Source: a virus
Length of the DNA: 64,000 bases
Strand: one strand, 5' to 3'
Virus record (IMG/VR): IMGVR_UViG_3300025892_000012
Coordinates: 29,493 to 93,492 of that record
The translations under genes and the position numbers were made by a program. Below are positions 11,701-21,051 of the stretch, piece by piece (the stretch's first letter is position 1; the number at the start of each line of letters is the position of its first letter). Under the pieces are notes generated by a model. The model worked only from the letters and a program-made list of their open reading frames with translations, made no database searches and was not told the DNA's origin.

Positions 11701-12709
11701 AAATGTTGCTAATTCTCATGTAGAAATAAATTTCAGTAGTGTACGTCCAACAATTGTGAGTGTAGATTCTCCTATTAATTTAGTAAGAGAAGGTCATTAT
11801 TATAAAGGAGTTTTGAGATATGAAATGGATGATCCTAATGATGTTATTGAAGCGTATGCAATAGGATATGAAAAAGATCCTTCTAATTTTAAATCACTTC
11901 CTCTGTATGAAGATACAATTACAAATTTACCAAGTGGGTCTTATACTGCACAAACTGATAATTCTAGAATAATTGAGCAACAATTTAAAATTCCGACAGA
12001 AGATATAGATGGTTCTAAATTAATTTATATTCGTTTGAGAGATCAAGCTGGAAATGAATCTTTGAATTATAGAATTTCTGTGAGAGCATTGGATTTTGAA
12101 ACTAATAAATTTGAGGTGACTCCAGATTCTTATATGTTTGGAATAACAAATAATGTCAATATACTTTATGATATAGATTCTAATCCAACTGATATTACAT
12201 ATGGTTACAGAGTAGATGATACCAATGAACCTCATGTATGGCATACTCCAGTATTATATAAAAATAGTATAGGAGAATATTACTTTGACTTTAATTTAGA
12301 TGTAACTTCATTAACACCTGGACCACATACTTTACATGTGTGGTTAAAGAGTAAAGAAGGTGAATTAGTTTTAAAGAATTCAACATTTGTTAGTGAACAA
12401 TCTCAAGTAGCACCATATGCATTTATATCTATTGCAAAAACGAAGTTTGAGGAAGGTGTGAAAAAGGTTTGGGTAGAAGCAAATATCTTTGATGATGGAG
12501 TAGGTGTTGAAAAAATATGTTTTGATGAAAATAGTAATCCTGACGTTTTTGAAAATATAAATATAGTACAAAATAAAAGAATTATTAAATTATTTCAATA
12601 TGACCAATTTAACAATAATTCAATAACATATAAGTTAAAAATGATAGATGCTGTTAACAGTCCATCTTTAACATATAACGTTTCAATTGACTTGTCTAGT
12701 GTCTATTGA
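5741..12709 (+). CDS. Giant protein of ~20 tandem ~100-aa Ig-like (beta-sandwich) repeats, probable virion fibre
   Basis: 2322 aa with recurring D..G(I/V)..Y....W...Y.(V/L)(K/R)D.(F/Y/A)(G/D)N.S...D...P periodicity. Confidence 0.75.
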   Translation: MAITGSIYLSTAAIVLTAPPKYQLTFNVNANSTNLLTKYQLFVDNVQVGVDQIINPNINNYSNTNIAYAVDGTGWHDIGILFFDDQGNTQLFTTRIYLDLTNPILNGFALNRIERDATNDYVVYFDIDVSDETGISRTKIINSNDGTSSEVLVPLSFNDYRAEQSIVVPGFNNNVTKDFYLEWEDYSGNIIQTTSPITVFFTNTLPVITNFEVKEITQTATDYVVTTEIGTSFASYQDIIEYSVTYEDPASVWKNILITTSGGVITDTFTIPLSEPAGLKTLYAKIKDNYQNESNVFPINHLIDKVNPIGSVKLEYAEKIGSNYYANVKFTATDAGLISHYSHNFISENVTNWNVVNPKTQTFNKFKTFNLGTNGQSVMYVKYRDFSGNLSPAYQLPLDIDTTNPEFEFSFDHGELRIDGDYNAFFHLLASDNNKIKFIKLFGVNQITSNLIGSNNWVQIAETNQYEEIRPIVIPATENEDIIKFYYQVRDLYGNYSAFKTIDLNFDKTAPVVNTFTYKDAEKYSTYHRIHFDFNATDNLGIIAYRLGFDDITVESWINVTNTTNLDKSVYVDLYNANELGVTKDVLVQVKDVFGNVSNIASYSVKLEDQSPLGSLTFAGGGLSPTDFLLDFDITGVDTDSDVYWYSLEIDDSTITNWYKVNTPGLNIAQVVQKTLPRASTGRHNFYLRVADIYKNVSPTYNLEYDLDSIAVVGGLEVDDIEKSALNYTANVHLYAFDNRKVKSYSLNGGADTLLVPAVKSFDDYVLVPLGLTPGQKQITVQYKDTFDNLSNTYSVVFNLDNIDPHSNIVFNNATSNTTTMFMNIDTHLTDNQDVYEYKFWYVGDSEPYDYTTLPRGIVNTTINKIFEVPKSDTFPQFTVRVRDFFDNEHSNTLSKIVTTVPPTINSLTVNSISYTVAGINVGVDYVVTADNNSTVDYLDVVVNPSGATQLDAFTVNIDPNVVNATGTFYYDFPIISNFNFEVKAYSDYGYYSAPSYLAQNFDSIGPVISNVTFLGSFDDNNDYILQFRIQGTDATSGIRKIQATALTTPNPITTSYTIDLTNNLDEVVHLRLDRSSTSNYIDVSFILFDLLDNPSNSYTLSNLYLDSDAPQISNTIFNLNKKYGGSVLPGANTPNIEVSFDAYDFSNITHYKYSPNLTETYNASWTSIAEAQTISVTETVNLDTLGFVEGARVFYFHVRDRFNNIATAGINVEYDKTPPSVSTTFLNRIERANVAGIDTFVIPYTLAYSDNYSEVLTLHENYEYGTTSSNTISKNLLPQVTSNTVTERHYVPVNYYGDTTINIALEDRFENVSANSSFNVFLENNPPVIHYAKINNGAVYTTSKDVYIRMDLSDDQGVTERLFSTANNETWNSVGWVPIPYAPARNITPTFSVDLEALGFTQGTCNVYAYIKDFCQNISNTAQTIIYDYEPPVITDFKVNNIIRNINTFEVSLNGYSYDVTSGLDTYYISQSNNHNTYKSVPNAPVIGNTPILFNQIESISNKDTGWKYFYFQTTDAAGNISAKANTQIYIDGLAPVIAFFQPTSTISKYYLNAANNEFEYIVSDDYALTSIQYEIDNSALSVVNTYDANNNILYDANTFLADFSSLVDGEHTIYLNAFDSFNNRVRIPYEFYFDNTPPVITNYDFKKIKPVVPDSTHYDVELRLSAYDNVSVDYYEIYVDGNLLSSVDVDAVNFNHTPTVNTTLTTMFESDLDMTLALIVDGYGGGKILTVAMVENYTGTQTEDDQIKLFANVELGIPTTEINTYAVLGNDIDIITQNTMPGATTTLSDEITSINYGDPAFPTNPYTLIQLQYETGTFPFLPTSTLSNYITNNYSYLVGTGPSPGRYNTAYVTGRFTDLSVKKELHHYVVKVYDNAGNMTQGTLSKFIHNGDNLKIENFTVDSVTTINRTDISDEIFQADISSDVDIIEYALTIHPQIDYDSALWKNFVTPANTISYTETVNTDIFAVSTLSTNKVYLHVKDDCGNVANSHVEINFSSVRPTIVSVDSPINLVREGHYYKGVLRYEMDDPNDVIEAYAIGYEKDPSNFKSLPLYEDTITNLPSGSYTAQTDNSRIIEQQFKIPTEDIDGSKLIYIRLRDQAGNESLNYRISVRALDFETNKFEVTPDSYMFGITNNVNILYDIDSNPTDITYGYRVDDTNEPHVWHTPVLYKNSIGEYYFDFNLDVTSLTPGPHTLHVWLKSKEGELVLKNSTFVSEQSQVAPYAFISIAKTKFEEGVKKVWVEANIFDDGVGVEKICFDENSNPDVFENINIVQNKRIIKLFQYDQFNNNSITYKLKMIDAVNSPSLTYNVSIDLSSVY

Positions 12710-12932
12710 AAACTATAAAAGAGACCGCAATACACTTGCTATTGTTGCAGTAAATAAAGAAGATATAAATACTCATAGGTCCACAATACACCAAAGAAAT
12801 TTATTACATTCTTATTTAAATAATCAAAGTGATGAAATTCGTCTTCTTAAAAATGAATTAACAGAATTAAAAAATATTATAATCAATTTAGTAAAAAATC
12901 AAGATAATTTAGGAAAAGCTAATGGCAATTAA
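12699..12932 (+). CDS. Small coiled-coil hypothetical protein of T4-like structural clusters
   Basis: YKRDRNTLAIV N-terminus and EIRLLKNELTELKNII coiled coil. GTG 12699 chosen as likely start; overlaps both neighbours. Confidence 0.6.
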   Translation: MSIENYKRDRNTLAIVAVNKEDINTHRSTIHQRNLLHSYLNNQSDEIRLLKNELTELKNIIINLVKNQDNLGKANGN

Positions 12933-15900
12933 TAAGATACAAACTGGTCAAACATTTGGTAATTGGCTTGATACTACAAACCAGATGATTGATGATTTAA
13001 ATGCTGCAACTCCAAATCGTATAGGCGGAAGACTAGCTAGATACAGTTCTACTGGAAATCTAGATGTATTTGATTTGGATGCCAATACACTTATATTATC
13101 TAGTGGAACACGGATAGATAGAATTAATACCGACTACAGAACTTTTGAAGACGATAATACTATTCTTACTGCTAATGCGGTGTATCAAGCAATTCGTGCA
13201 GAAGATAAATCTACTATTAAAGACACACCAGGTGGTTTACCGGCAAATAGTAGTATCTCAGTAGCTTTAAATGAGATGGAGTTTATTATTGATGGTGCTT
13301 TACAAATGAGTGTTTTTGCAAGTAACACTACATTTGAAAATGATTTGTATGTTAAAGGAGATTTATTTGTACAAGGAAATACTGTTGAATTTACAACAGA
13401 AACTTTAAATGTTGAAGACAATAACATTATTTTAAATAAAAATGGAACCGTTAATAAAAGTACAGCAGAAGGAGCCGGTTTTGATGTAGATAAAACTTCA
13501 GCATTTTTTAGATTAGTAAACAGTGAGAACAGATTTCCATTATACAATGATGTTAAAAATATAGAGTTGGATACTGCAAATCCTGATAAATCACTTTATA
13601 GTATTAATAATATTACTAATCTTCCAATTACAATAAATGAGAAAGATATCTTAGAATTAAGATATACTATTGATCCTGTTAATGAACCGAAGTCTAACAA
13701 ATATCCAATTGGCATTGGTCTAACAGAAGATGTGAATCGTGAGCAGGTGGGTAATGTAATAGAACCTGCTGTGAATGGTTTGAATCAACAAATTGGTGAA
13801 GTTGAATATATTATTGGAGGAACTTCATATAGTGATTATAATTCATACAAAGCAGCATTTTTAGCAACGAATGTAGAGACCGATGTAGTAGTTAAATTTA
13901 CACCTGAAAATGAAGGAATATATTATTATTGGGGTGGTAGAGTAGTAAACACATCTGAATTTAGAGAATTACTATTAAATGTGGGTGTAACACATAATGG
14001 TTTAGATGGTGTTTATGTAATGGATGAACCTGATGATAACATACTTGATAACAATCCATCTATTAATATGTTTCAGGGTGATACATATAAATTTGGAATT
14101 ACACTATCAGATCCAGGTCAAAGAGATCATTATTTTGCTATTGGTAAAACTCCTTACACAGACCCGAATCGCACAGATGTTGATAATATTATTACTGATA
14201 AAAGAGTTATCACATATGAAGTAGATGGCAATGTATTTGATTTTACTGCTGGAGATACGTTTGATGATTATATAGCTGCATTTACAAATAATTCCAGTCA
14301 AGTTGCAAATATTACATTCACTCCAATTGAAACTGCAGTTTATAATTATTGGTCAAATGCCAATAATCAAATTATAAATGCTGGCGCTGAGATTAATGTC
14401 TCCGCTAATAATATTTACATGGGCGCTCCAATCAATGTTCAATTCCCTATGGGATTGCAACATTCAAGAACAGTAAGTATTGGAACTATAAACGGTATTA
14501 CCGGTATTAATTTAAATGGAAATCCAAAAGAAGATTTAATGATAGATGCCGGCGATACTATCACATTTACTGTACCCGCGGCATTAATTACTAGCAATCC
14601 TTTAGATGTAATTGGAATTGGAGAATCTGTAAATGCTGATCCTTTAGAATTTTTAGAAGGTGTTGACTATATTGTAGATGATGTATTAATTAAAACATAT
14701 GCAGGCTATGTAGGAGCATACACTACTAATAACGGTAAAGATATTACAATAAAATTTACTCCTATTACAGCAGGTGATTATTATTATTGGTCAGCAGGAA
14801 ATCAAGATTATGGAGGGAAGATTACAGTAAATGCACCAAGAGTAAAAAGTTTAAGTGCATTTCATTTGAATACTGATAATGATACAGCTACAATAGAAAA
14901 TCCATCTAAGTTCAGAGTCACTAAAAATCATGTTAATGTTTTTGAATTAAATGGTGAATTCGCAGATTTCTCAGGAACAAATAAAGGATTGGTATTACCT
15001 AGCGAATCATTTGATTTTACTGCAGCAGAAGGTGCTGTAGACGGCATTATAAGATATAATCCACTATTAAAATTATTTGAAGGTTATTCCCAAAATGAAT
15101 GGAGAGGTTTGGGTGGTGTGATTGATTTAAATCAAGACACATTTATTGAAGCCGGAACAATTGCTACACCTGCTGATGATACTTTATATTTTAGTGCAAA
15201 TGGTAAAACAGTTTCAATAATAAATGAAGAACAGAATTTCTTAGAATCAGATAAAGCAACAGTAACAACTCTGGGTAATGTAACATCAGATAAAGAAGCT
15301 AAAATACGTGTAGAGTCTAATGCAAATACTGCTGAATATAGTATAATAGTAGATGGCAAGTCAGATATATCAGAAGGCGGAGTCCATACAGTTGAAGATA
15401 GAGTATCTGGAATTAGAATAGACCATGTGGGTATGGATATAGACTCTAATGGATATTTAAAATTACCAGTTGGTGAAGTTTCTGAAAGACCATTAGTAGC
15501 TAGAGAAGGTATGATTAGATTGGCTGCTGATAGTTTACAAGTATGGGATGTTGAAAGTGGAAATTATGAATCAATAGGTGCTTTAGAGTATTATGAAGAT
15601 ACAAGTTGGAAAACTTTAACATTTGTTACCAATGAATTTACTAGTTATAATAGACCAAGTGCTACAAATGTAATAGAATTTACAGATATTCAAGTACCTT
15701 TTGAAAAAAATGATGTTGATGTTTATGTTGATGGTTTACGAGTTCAAAAATCAGACTTTGATATTGTCACCACATCTGACAATCAAATCGCAACAACAGT
15801 AACTGTTGTCGGTAACGATTATAATTATACGACTGCAGTGCCAGCTACTGTTGGTTATAATGATGTTGTTGCATTTACTATTCCGATTGATTCTACTTCA

Positions 15901-16758
15901 AATACGTCTCCATTTTTAATAGGTATTGATGTTGGTGGTGGAAATATACAACCAGCTTCAATTGCTTATGGAGTAACATATGGAATTTACGATGGTGCAA
16001 ATCTAGTTGATTACACAGGAGATATAGCGAATTATATTTCTACATTTGAAGATGCAAATACTCATGGAAATAATGCTGTAGTTACATTAACTACTAAGTC
16101 CAATCAAGTATATCACTTATACTCAAACAATGCATCAATTACTACGACTACATTGGGTGCATCTGGACACACTTTACATACATGTAGTTTAAACTTTGTA
16201 GATAATAGAGCAAGTACACAAGTTATATCAGTAGTACATAGGCCTGGTAGAACAATAGGTACTACAACTATAGATGCAGTTAATAAATCTGAATTATCTA
16301 ATGGTTATGTAAATGATATTCGTATTACTGGCACAACTCATTTAGGTGCCGGACAAAAATCTATATCAACTACTAGTGGTGCATTGATTGTTTCTGGTGG
16401 TGTGGGTGTAGGTGGAGATTTATTTGTAGAGAAGTCTATAACAGAACTTTCTGCAGCCGAACTAAAAGAAAATATATCTCCTATTGATTCTGCTCTTGAT
16501 AAAATCAAACAATTAGTTGGGGTAGAATTTACTTGGAAAGATGACAAAACAGAATCAAAAGAGTATGGATTAATTGCAGAGAACGTGGCCGAAATAACAC
16601 CAAACTTAGCATCATTTAAAGATGCTAAACCTCAAGGTGTCAAATATAGTAAAGTAGTTGCGTTACTTATAGAAGCTATGAAACAACAACAAGAAGAGAT
16701 TGATATTTTAAAATCTTTGATACCTAAAAAAAGAACTAGAAAAAATAAATCAGAATAA
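12922..16758 (+). CDS. Long tail fibre with C-terminal intramolecular chaperone (peptidase S74-like)
   Basis: 1278 aa. Fibre motifs TLNVEDNNIILN, LKLPVGEVSERP..EGMIR, STTSGALIVSGGVGVGG; S74 block SAAELKENI...YGLIAENV...VKYSKVVALLIEAMKQQQ. Confidence 0.85.
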   Translation: MAINKIQTGQTFGNWLDTTNQMIDDLNAATPNRIGGRLARYSSTGNLDVFDLDANTLILSSGTRIDRINTDYRTFEDDNTILTANAVYQAIRAEDKSTIKDTPGGLPANSSISVALNEMEFIIDGALQMSVFASNTTFENDLYVKGDLFVQGNTVEFTTETLNVEDNNIILNKNGTVNKSTAEGAGFDVDKTSAFFRLVNSENRFPLYNDVKNIELDTANPDKSLYSINNITNLPITINEKDILELRYTIDPVNEPKSNKYPIGIGLTEDVNREQVGNVIEPAVNGLNQQIGEVEYIIGGTSYSDYNSYKAAFLATNVETDVVVKFTPENEGIYYYWGGRVVNTSEFRELLLNVGVTHNGLDGVYVMDEPDDNILDNNPSINMFQGDTYKFGITLSDPGQRDHYFAIGKTPYTDPNRTDVDNIITDKRVITYEVDGNVFDFTAGDTFDDYIAAFTNNSSQVANITFTPIETAVYNYWSNANNQIINAGAEINVSANNIYMGAPINVQFPMGLQHSRTVSIGTINGITGINLNGNPKEDLMIDAGDTITFTVPAALITSNPLDVIGIGESVNADPLEFLEGVDYIVDDVLIKTYAGYVGAYTTNNGKDITIKFTPITAGDYYYWSAGNQDYGGKITVNAPRVKSLSAFHLNTDNDTATIENPSKFRVTKNHVNVFELNGEFADFSGTNKGLVLPSESFDFTAAEGAVDGIIRYNPLLKLFEGYSQNEWRGLGGVIDLNQDTFIEAGTIATPADDTLYFSANGKTVSIINEEQNFLESDKATVTTLGNVTSDKEAKIRVESNANTAEYSIIVDGKSDISEGGVHTVEDRVSGIRIDHVGMDIDSNGYLKLPVGEVSERPLVAREGMIRLAADSLQVWDVESGNYESIGALEYYEDTSWKTLTFVTNEFTSYNRPSATNVIEFTDIQVPFEKNDVDVYVDGLRVQKSDFDIVTTSDNQIATTVTVVGNDYNYTTAVPATVGYNDVVAFTIPIDSTSNTSPFLIGIDVGGGNIQPASIAYGVTYGIYDGANLVDYTGDIANYISTFEDANTHGNNAVVTLTTKSNQVYHLYSNNASITTTTLGASGHTLHTCSLNFVDNRASTQVISVVHRPGRTIGTTTIDAVNKSELSNGYVNDIRITGTTHLGAGQKSISTTSGALIVSGGVGVGGDLFVEKSITELSAAELKENISPIDSALDKIKQLVGVEFTWKDDKTESKEYGLIAENVAEITPNLASFKDAKPQGVKYSKVVALLIEAMKQQQEEIDILKSLIPKKRTRKNKSE

Positions 16759-16770
16759 GGATATAAGAAT

Positions 16771-18501
16771 ATGGCCACTAAAGGAAAAATATTAAGCTAT
16801 GTTGATAATGTTGTATCTAGTTATGATAGTCTAGAACAAGAAGCTAGATTTCCAAACCTTGCAATTGATAATACCGCAGACGTACAAAATCTTAATGTAG
16901 TTGATACAAATATTACTAATCAATTAAGAATAGGTGATGTCACTACTGGTTATACTTTTCCTTCTAGTAGACCATCAAATGCAGCAGGTTATTATCTATC
17001 TATGAATAATGCAGGTAATTTTGAATTTAAGAATTTTTCAACAGAAAGTTTATCAACGGATGATATAGCAGGAATAACGCTAGATGGTGCTAATGATGGT
17101 GATATTGTACACTTTTCTAATGGAAGTATTACAACAGAACTCACTTCTCAAATTACTGTGATTGATAATAGGCCACCATTAGACGGTAGATTCTTATCAA
17201 ATTCAGATAGACTGTTAATTTCATCTGATGCTGGAGTTGGTACAAAGTTATATAGAATTGAAATTAAAGATTTATTACAAGGATTAGAATTTCTACAAAC
17301 TAGTGTTTCTGTTGTTGGGAGTTTAACGTCCAACACAAAAATGGCAGCAGGTGCAGATAATTTTACTTATATTATTGACAAAAACAATATTTTAACAACA
17401 ATTGCAGAAATAGATATTGATGGGTTAGCATTAAATGGTAATATAAAATTAACAGATACTTCTATACTTTCTTTTGGAAATACTTCAGATGCTTTTATAG
17501 ATACTTCTCCTGCAGAAGGTTATATATTTTCAAGAAATGGTAATACCGTAACTTTTAGTTTTAATGGAACTGAAAATTTAACTATTACAGATAATCAAAT
17601 AGAAGTTGGTTCTAATTTAATATTAGATAATGGGGCGTATTTGACTTTAAATGGTGGAGGATTTTACAACTCTACAGACCGTACGTTAGAATTAAGAGCA
17701 AACTGTGTGATTGATCAAAATCTAAGGTCTACTAATACAGATTCTGTTCGCTTTTATAATCTTCAAGCATCTGATTTCATGCGTGTTGGACAACCAACAG
17801 GCTATAGATTAGATATAAAACCAGAAGCAACATTTCTGGAAATTGATGCATATGATGATAATGACCAACGAACACCAATTTTATCAAATACAGTAATCAG
17901 TATTCTTAGTAGTGAAGCGGCTACAAATTCTGGTCTTGGTGCTTTTAGAGTTGTAGGTGGAATCTATAGTGGTGCTAATATCTATGCTGGTGGTGGAATA
18001 GATGCGGTGGGAATCATAAGTTCTGCTCTTGAAATAAGTTCTGATTATAACATAATAGCGGGAGATACATTACAAGGTTTTGATTTATCCGTAGCAAATA
18101 ATTCTGTTCTCGGTACGGTAGAAGCAGAAACTTTGAATGCAAATAACATAATTATAACTAATATTCAAGTTACTGAAGATATAAATGTAGCTAATTCTGT
18201 ATTTGCTATAGACTTTATTCAAAGTTCATCAATAGAATATAAAGAAAATATACAATCGTTTGAAAATGGATTAGATTATATTATCAATATGAATCCAGTT
18301 ATTTATGACAGAAAAGATAACAATTCTAAAAATAATATAGGATTTATAGCTGAAGATATGCAAAAAATATTACCAAATGTGGTTACAACTCTAGGTGATA
18401 AAACCGGTATTAAATATACAGAAATAATTCCAGTGTTAGTTTCTGCATTGAAAGAACAGCAAAATAAGATAAGTGAACTTGAAAGTAAAATAAATAATTA
18501 A
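16771..18501 (+). CDS. Tail fibre with C-terminal peptidase S74-like chaperone
   Basis: GAFRVVGGIYSG motif; SSIEYKENI...IGFIAEDM...IKYTEIIPVLVSALKEQQ. Confidence 0.85.
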   Translation: MATKGKILSYVDNVVSSYDSLEQEARFPNLAIDNTADVQNLNVVDTNITNQLRIGDVTTGYTFPSSRPSNAAGYYLSMNNAGNFEFKNFSTESLSTDDIAGITLDGANDGDIVHFSNGSITTELTSQITVIDNRPPLDGRFLSNSDRLLISSDAGVGTKLYRIEIKDLLQGLEFLQTSVSVVGSLTSNTKMAAGADNFTYIIDKNNILTTIAEIDIDGLALNGNIKLTDTSILSFGNTSDAFIDTSPAEGYIFSRNGNTVTFSFNGTENLTITDNQIEVGSNLILDNGAYLTLNGGGFYNSTDRTLELRANCVIDQNLRSTNTDSVRFYNLQASDFMRVGQPTGYRLDIKPEATFLEIDAYDDNDQRTPILSNTVISILSSEAATNSGLGAFRVVGGIYSGANIYAGGGIDAVGIISSALEISSDYNIIAGDTLQGFDLSVANNSVLGTVEAETLNANNIIITNIQVTEDINVANSVFAIDFIQSSSIEYKENIQSFENGLDYIINMNPVIYDRKDNNSKNNIGFIAEDMQKILPNVVTTLGDKTGIKYTEIIPVLVSALKEQQNKISELESKINN

Positions 18502-18533
18502 ACAAGTACAATCACAATTGCAAAAGGAAAAAA

Positions 18534-19982
18534 ATGGCATTTATTAACAACACTATTTCTAAAAATGATATATTTATTAGAGTAGGTAATGTCTATGATT
18601 CTAATGTAGGAACACTTGCGTTAGCTTCTACAATTAATGTTACGTCAACTGTAGATTATTTTAGACCAGATCATGTGAATAACTTGGTTGTATTTGATAA
18701 CGGACAAACTAAATTTGTTAAATCTTTTATAGATGCTACTACTGTTACTGTAGAACCTAGTGATGTAGAAGTATTACAAGGAACAACGTTTACTATATTC
18801 TCTCCATCGTTAACAGTTGATAATGATGGTAGAATAATATTTGGAAAAGCGCAACCTAGTACCATAATGAATGGTGTGACAGGAATAGATTTAGATTTTG
18901 GATATGTTAGAAATTCAGCACTCCCAACTAATGCACATGACTTAGCCACAAAACAATATGTAGATTCTTTACGTATTGGACAATGGAATCATATTGAAAG
19001 ATTTGAGGGAGATGGTGTTACTGATAGTTGGACAATAACAGTACCAATTTCTATTAAAAATGCAATTGTAAGTGTAGGTGGTGTAATTCAGGAACCTTAT
19101 TATTCTTATGTGTTTGAACAATTTGGTGAAAATACTAGAATAAAATTTTATGAAGCTCCGCCAACTGAAACATATGTAACAATTAGAACAACTACTGGAA
19201 CAAATATATCAGAAAGCACCGCTTTAGAAGAGATATTCGTTTCTGCAGATCAGCAAAGTACTTTTATTTTAGAAAATGAAGTATATGACAAATATGGATT
19301 AATTGTTTCTATTGATGGTGTTGTGCAGTCAACATTAAACTATGACATTCTTACTACACCTGCTGGTATAAGACAAGTAAATGGTTCAAATGTTTATTCT
19401 GGTAATGAATATAAAATATTAAAATTTGCAGAAGGATTAGATCAAGGAGCAACTGTCAGAGTTTTAAATGTACGTGGAAGAGGATTTCATTCACATAGTG
19501 GAACTTCCTTTGTCATAGAAAATGATACTCTTGTTCCAAATACAATTTATTGGGATGAAAATAATTTCTTTTACAGAGATATCACAAACGCAAACGGCAC
19601 ATTCAATATTACTCATGATTTAATTGCTTCCCGTGGAGGATTAAATGTTTATGCTAATACTTCATTAGATAATTTGTACATTAATTTACCAGAAATGGGT
19701 AGTGAATATTCACCAGATCAGGCTCTTGAAGTTAAGATAGTAAAGGGTAACAACACATCAAATGTATTCATTAATTGTCATGGTAATAACTTTATGAACT
19801 ATGAGGGTGTATTTGATGGTCATATTGGCGGAGGTGTTGTTTATGCAAGACAACCAGATGTTCCGAGTGTTATACACTTGGAGTGGGAAAGTTATTATAG
19901 AACATGGTATATAAAATATGGAGTAGGAATTTGGAATGTAAATGCCAACACTATATCATATCCAAATACAGCACCTTATTAA
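18534..19982 (+). CDS. Fibre/baseplate-associated protein with two ~80-aa 'V..GV.Q..Y...F.EAP' repeats
   Basis: PTNAHDLATKQYVD fibre motif, then FEGDGVTDSW..VSVGGVIQEP..KFYEAP and VSIDGVVQS..KFAEG units. Confidence 0.65.
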   Translation: MAFINNTISKNDIFIRVGNVYDSNVGTLALASTINVTSTVDYFRPDHVNNLVVFDNGQTKFVKSFIDATTVTVEPSDVEVLQGTTFTIFSPSLTVDNDGRIIFGKAQPSTIMNGVTGIDLDFGYVRNSALPTNAHDLATKQYVDSLRIGQWNHIERFEGDGVTDSWTITVPISIKNAIVSVGGVIQEPYYSYVFEQFGENTRIKFYEAPPTETYVTIRTTTGTNISESTALEEIFVSADQQSTFILENEVYDKYGLIVSIDGVVQSTLNYDILTTPAGIRQVNGSNVYSGNEYKILKFAEGLDQGATVRVLNVRGRGFHSHSGTSFVIENDTLVPNTIYWDENNFFYRDITNANGTFNITHDLIASRGGLNVYANTSLDNLYINLPEMGSEYSPDQALEVKIVKGNNTSNVFINCHGNNFMNYEGVFDGHIGGGVVYARQPDVPSVIHLEWESYYRTWYIKYGVGIWNVNANTISYPNTAPY

Positions 19983-19985
19983 TAT

Positions 19986-20312
19986 ATGTTTTTGAAAATT
20001 GAAAATCAGTTATTTAATACTGATAATTTACAATATTTTATATATGATGATAATAAATTAAGTATTCTATTTAATGGGTATGTTAAATGTGAACTACGTC
20101 AAAATAATGAAGAATATTTAGATTTTTTAGATTACATAAAAACAGATGAAAATATAATTGTATTTAATAAATACTATGGTAGTAATTTAAAAAATATTAG
20201 CGGCTTATATCAAGAAAAAGATATAGTTACTTTTTATTTTTCAGATGGCAGTACTAAAAAATTTTCAGACATAAATTTTGACCAATTTGAAAAATTAATA
20301 ACAGAGGAATAA
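19986..20312 (+). CDS. Hypothetical protein (possible internal duplication)
   Basis: 108-aa ORF tightly packed in the operon; two similar ~50-aa halves. Confidence 0.55.
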   Translation: MFLKIENQLFNTDNLQYFIYDDNKLSILFNGYVKCELRQNNEEYLDFLDYIKTDENIIVFNKYYGSNLKNISGLYQEKDIVTFYFSDGSTKKFSDINFDQFEKLITEE

Positions 20313-20516
20313 ATGCCACAGTTTTTTAATCTAAACGGCACACCAATACAATATATACCAGAGCTTAGAGTAAATGTTATTAAAGATCAATCTGCAAATT
20401 TAATGATTTTGCAGGTAGACACAGCAAATAATGCTGTGGATTTATATAACGTAGAATCTATCTATACTGTCAATGGTAGAGAAATAACTGCAAATAACAT
20501 TGTAACAAATCCATAA
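20313..20516 (+). CDS. Small hypothetical protein, paralog of 20524..20730
   Basis: GAGG RBS; shared MPQ..NL.G..IQ.I.ELRV...NV..I.T..GR.I.A pattern. Confidence 0.7.
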   Translation: MPQFFNLNGTPIQYIPELRVNVIKDQSANLMILQVDTANNAVDLYNVESIYTVNGREITANNIVTNP

Positions 20517-20523
20517 ATTATAA

Positions 20524-20730
20524 ATGCCTCAAATATATAATCTTGGCGGAATGTCAATACAAAAAATAGAAGAGTTAAGAGTAGATATGTTGTCATCTTC
20601 AAATGGAAGATATAATATTATGGAACTGCATTATAATAATGGTAGTGTATTATGGAGAAATGTAAGATATATTCATACAAGTGGAGGTAGAATAATCAAT
20701 GCAGAAAAAATTCAAGAATCACCAGGTTAA
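20524..20730 (+). CDS. Small hypothetical protein, paralog of 20313..20516
   Basis: Aligns end to end with the preceding ORF. Confidence 0.7.
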   Translation: MPQIYNLGGMSIQKIEELRVDMLSSSNGRYNIMELHYNNGSVLWRNVRYIHTSGGRIINAEKIQESPG

Positions 20731-20743
20731 TAAAAGAGAATAA

Positions 20744-21022
20744 ATGGCAGCAGGAACACTAAGGTTAGCTAATGTAACAGTATTTGAAGCTAACACTACA
20801 AGTGGAAATATTAAAGTTCCTACAGGAACAACGCTAGAAGGTATCACCGATATTCTTGATTTGAGCTTAAATAGTGCTGCATTTTCAACTTCTACTAATA
20901 TTTTGTCATTGGGAAATTTTAGCGGAAATACAGTAACAGTTGATTTAAGTACATTGAGTGGTGGAGGAGGTGGCGGCGCATCACTAGGAGATGTCACTGC
21001 ATTAGCAATAGCACTCGGTTAA
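20744..21022 (+). CDS. Small connector: plug-like N-terminus, 'ALAIALG' C-terminus
   Basis: MAAGTLRLANVTVF resembles MAGTLKVGGVTLA (46139); poly-Gly linker; ends DVTALAIALG like 34079 (YSIALG). Confidence 0.6.
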   Translation: MAAGTLRLANVTVFEANTTSGNIKVPTGTTLEGITDILDLSLNSAAFSTSTNILSLGNFSGNTVTVDLSTLSGGGGGGASLGDVTALAIALG

Positions 21023-21051
21023 TTTTTTAAAAAAGTTAAAGAAATAAAAAA

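Noticed and set aside
12764-12771. Perfect TATAAATA inside the small ORF, and other intragenic ATAAATA hits
   Set aside because: Expected by chance in AT-rich DNA; only gap-associated copies were reported.
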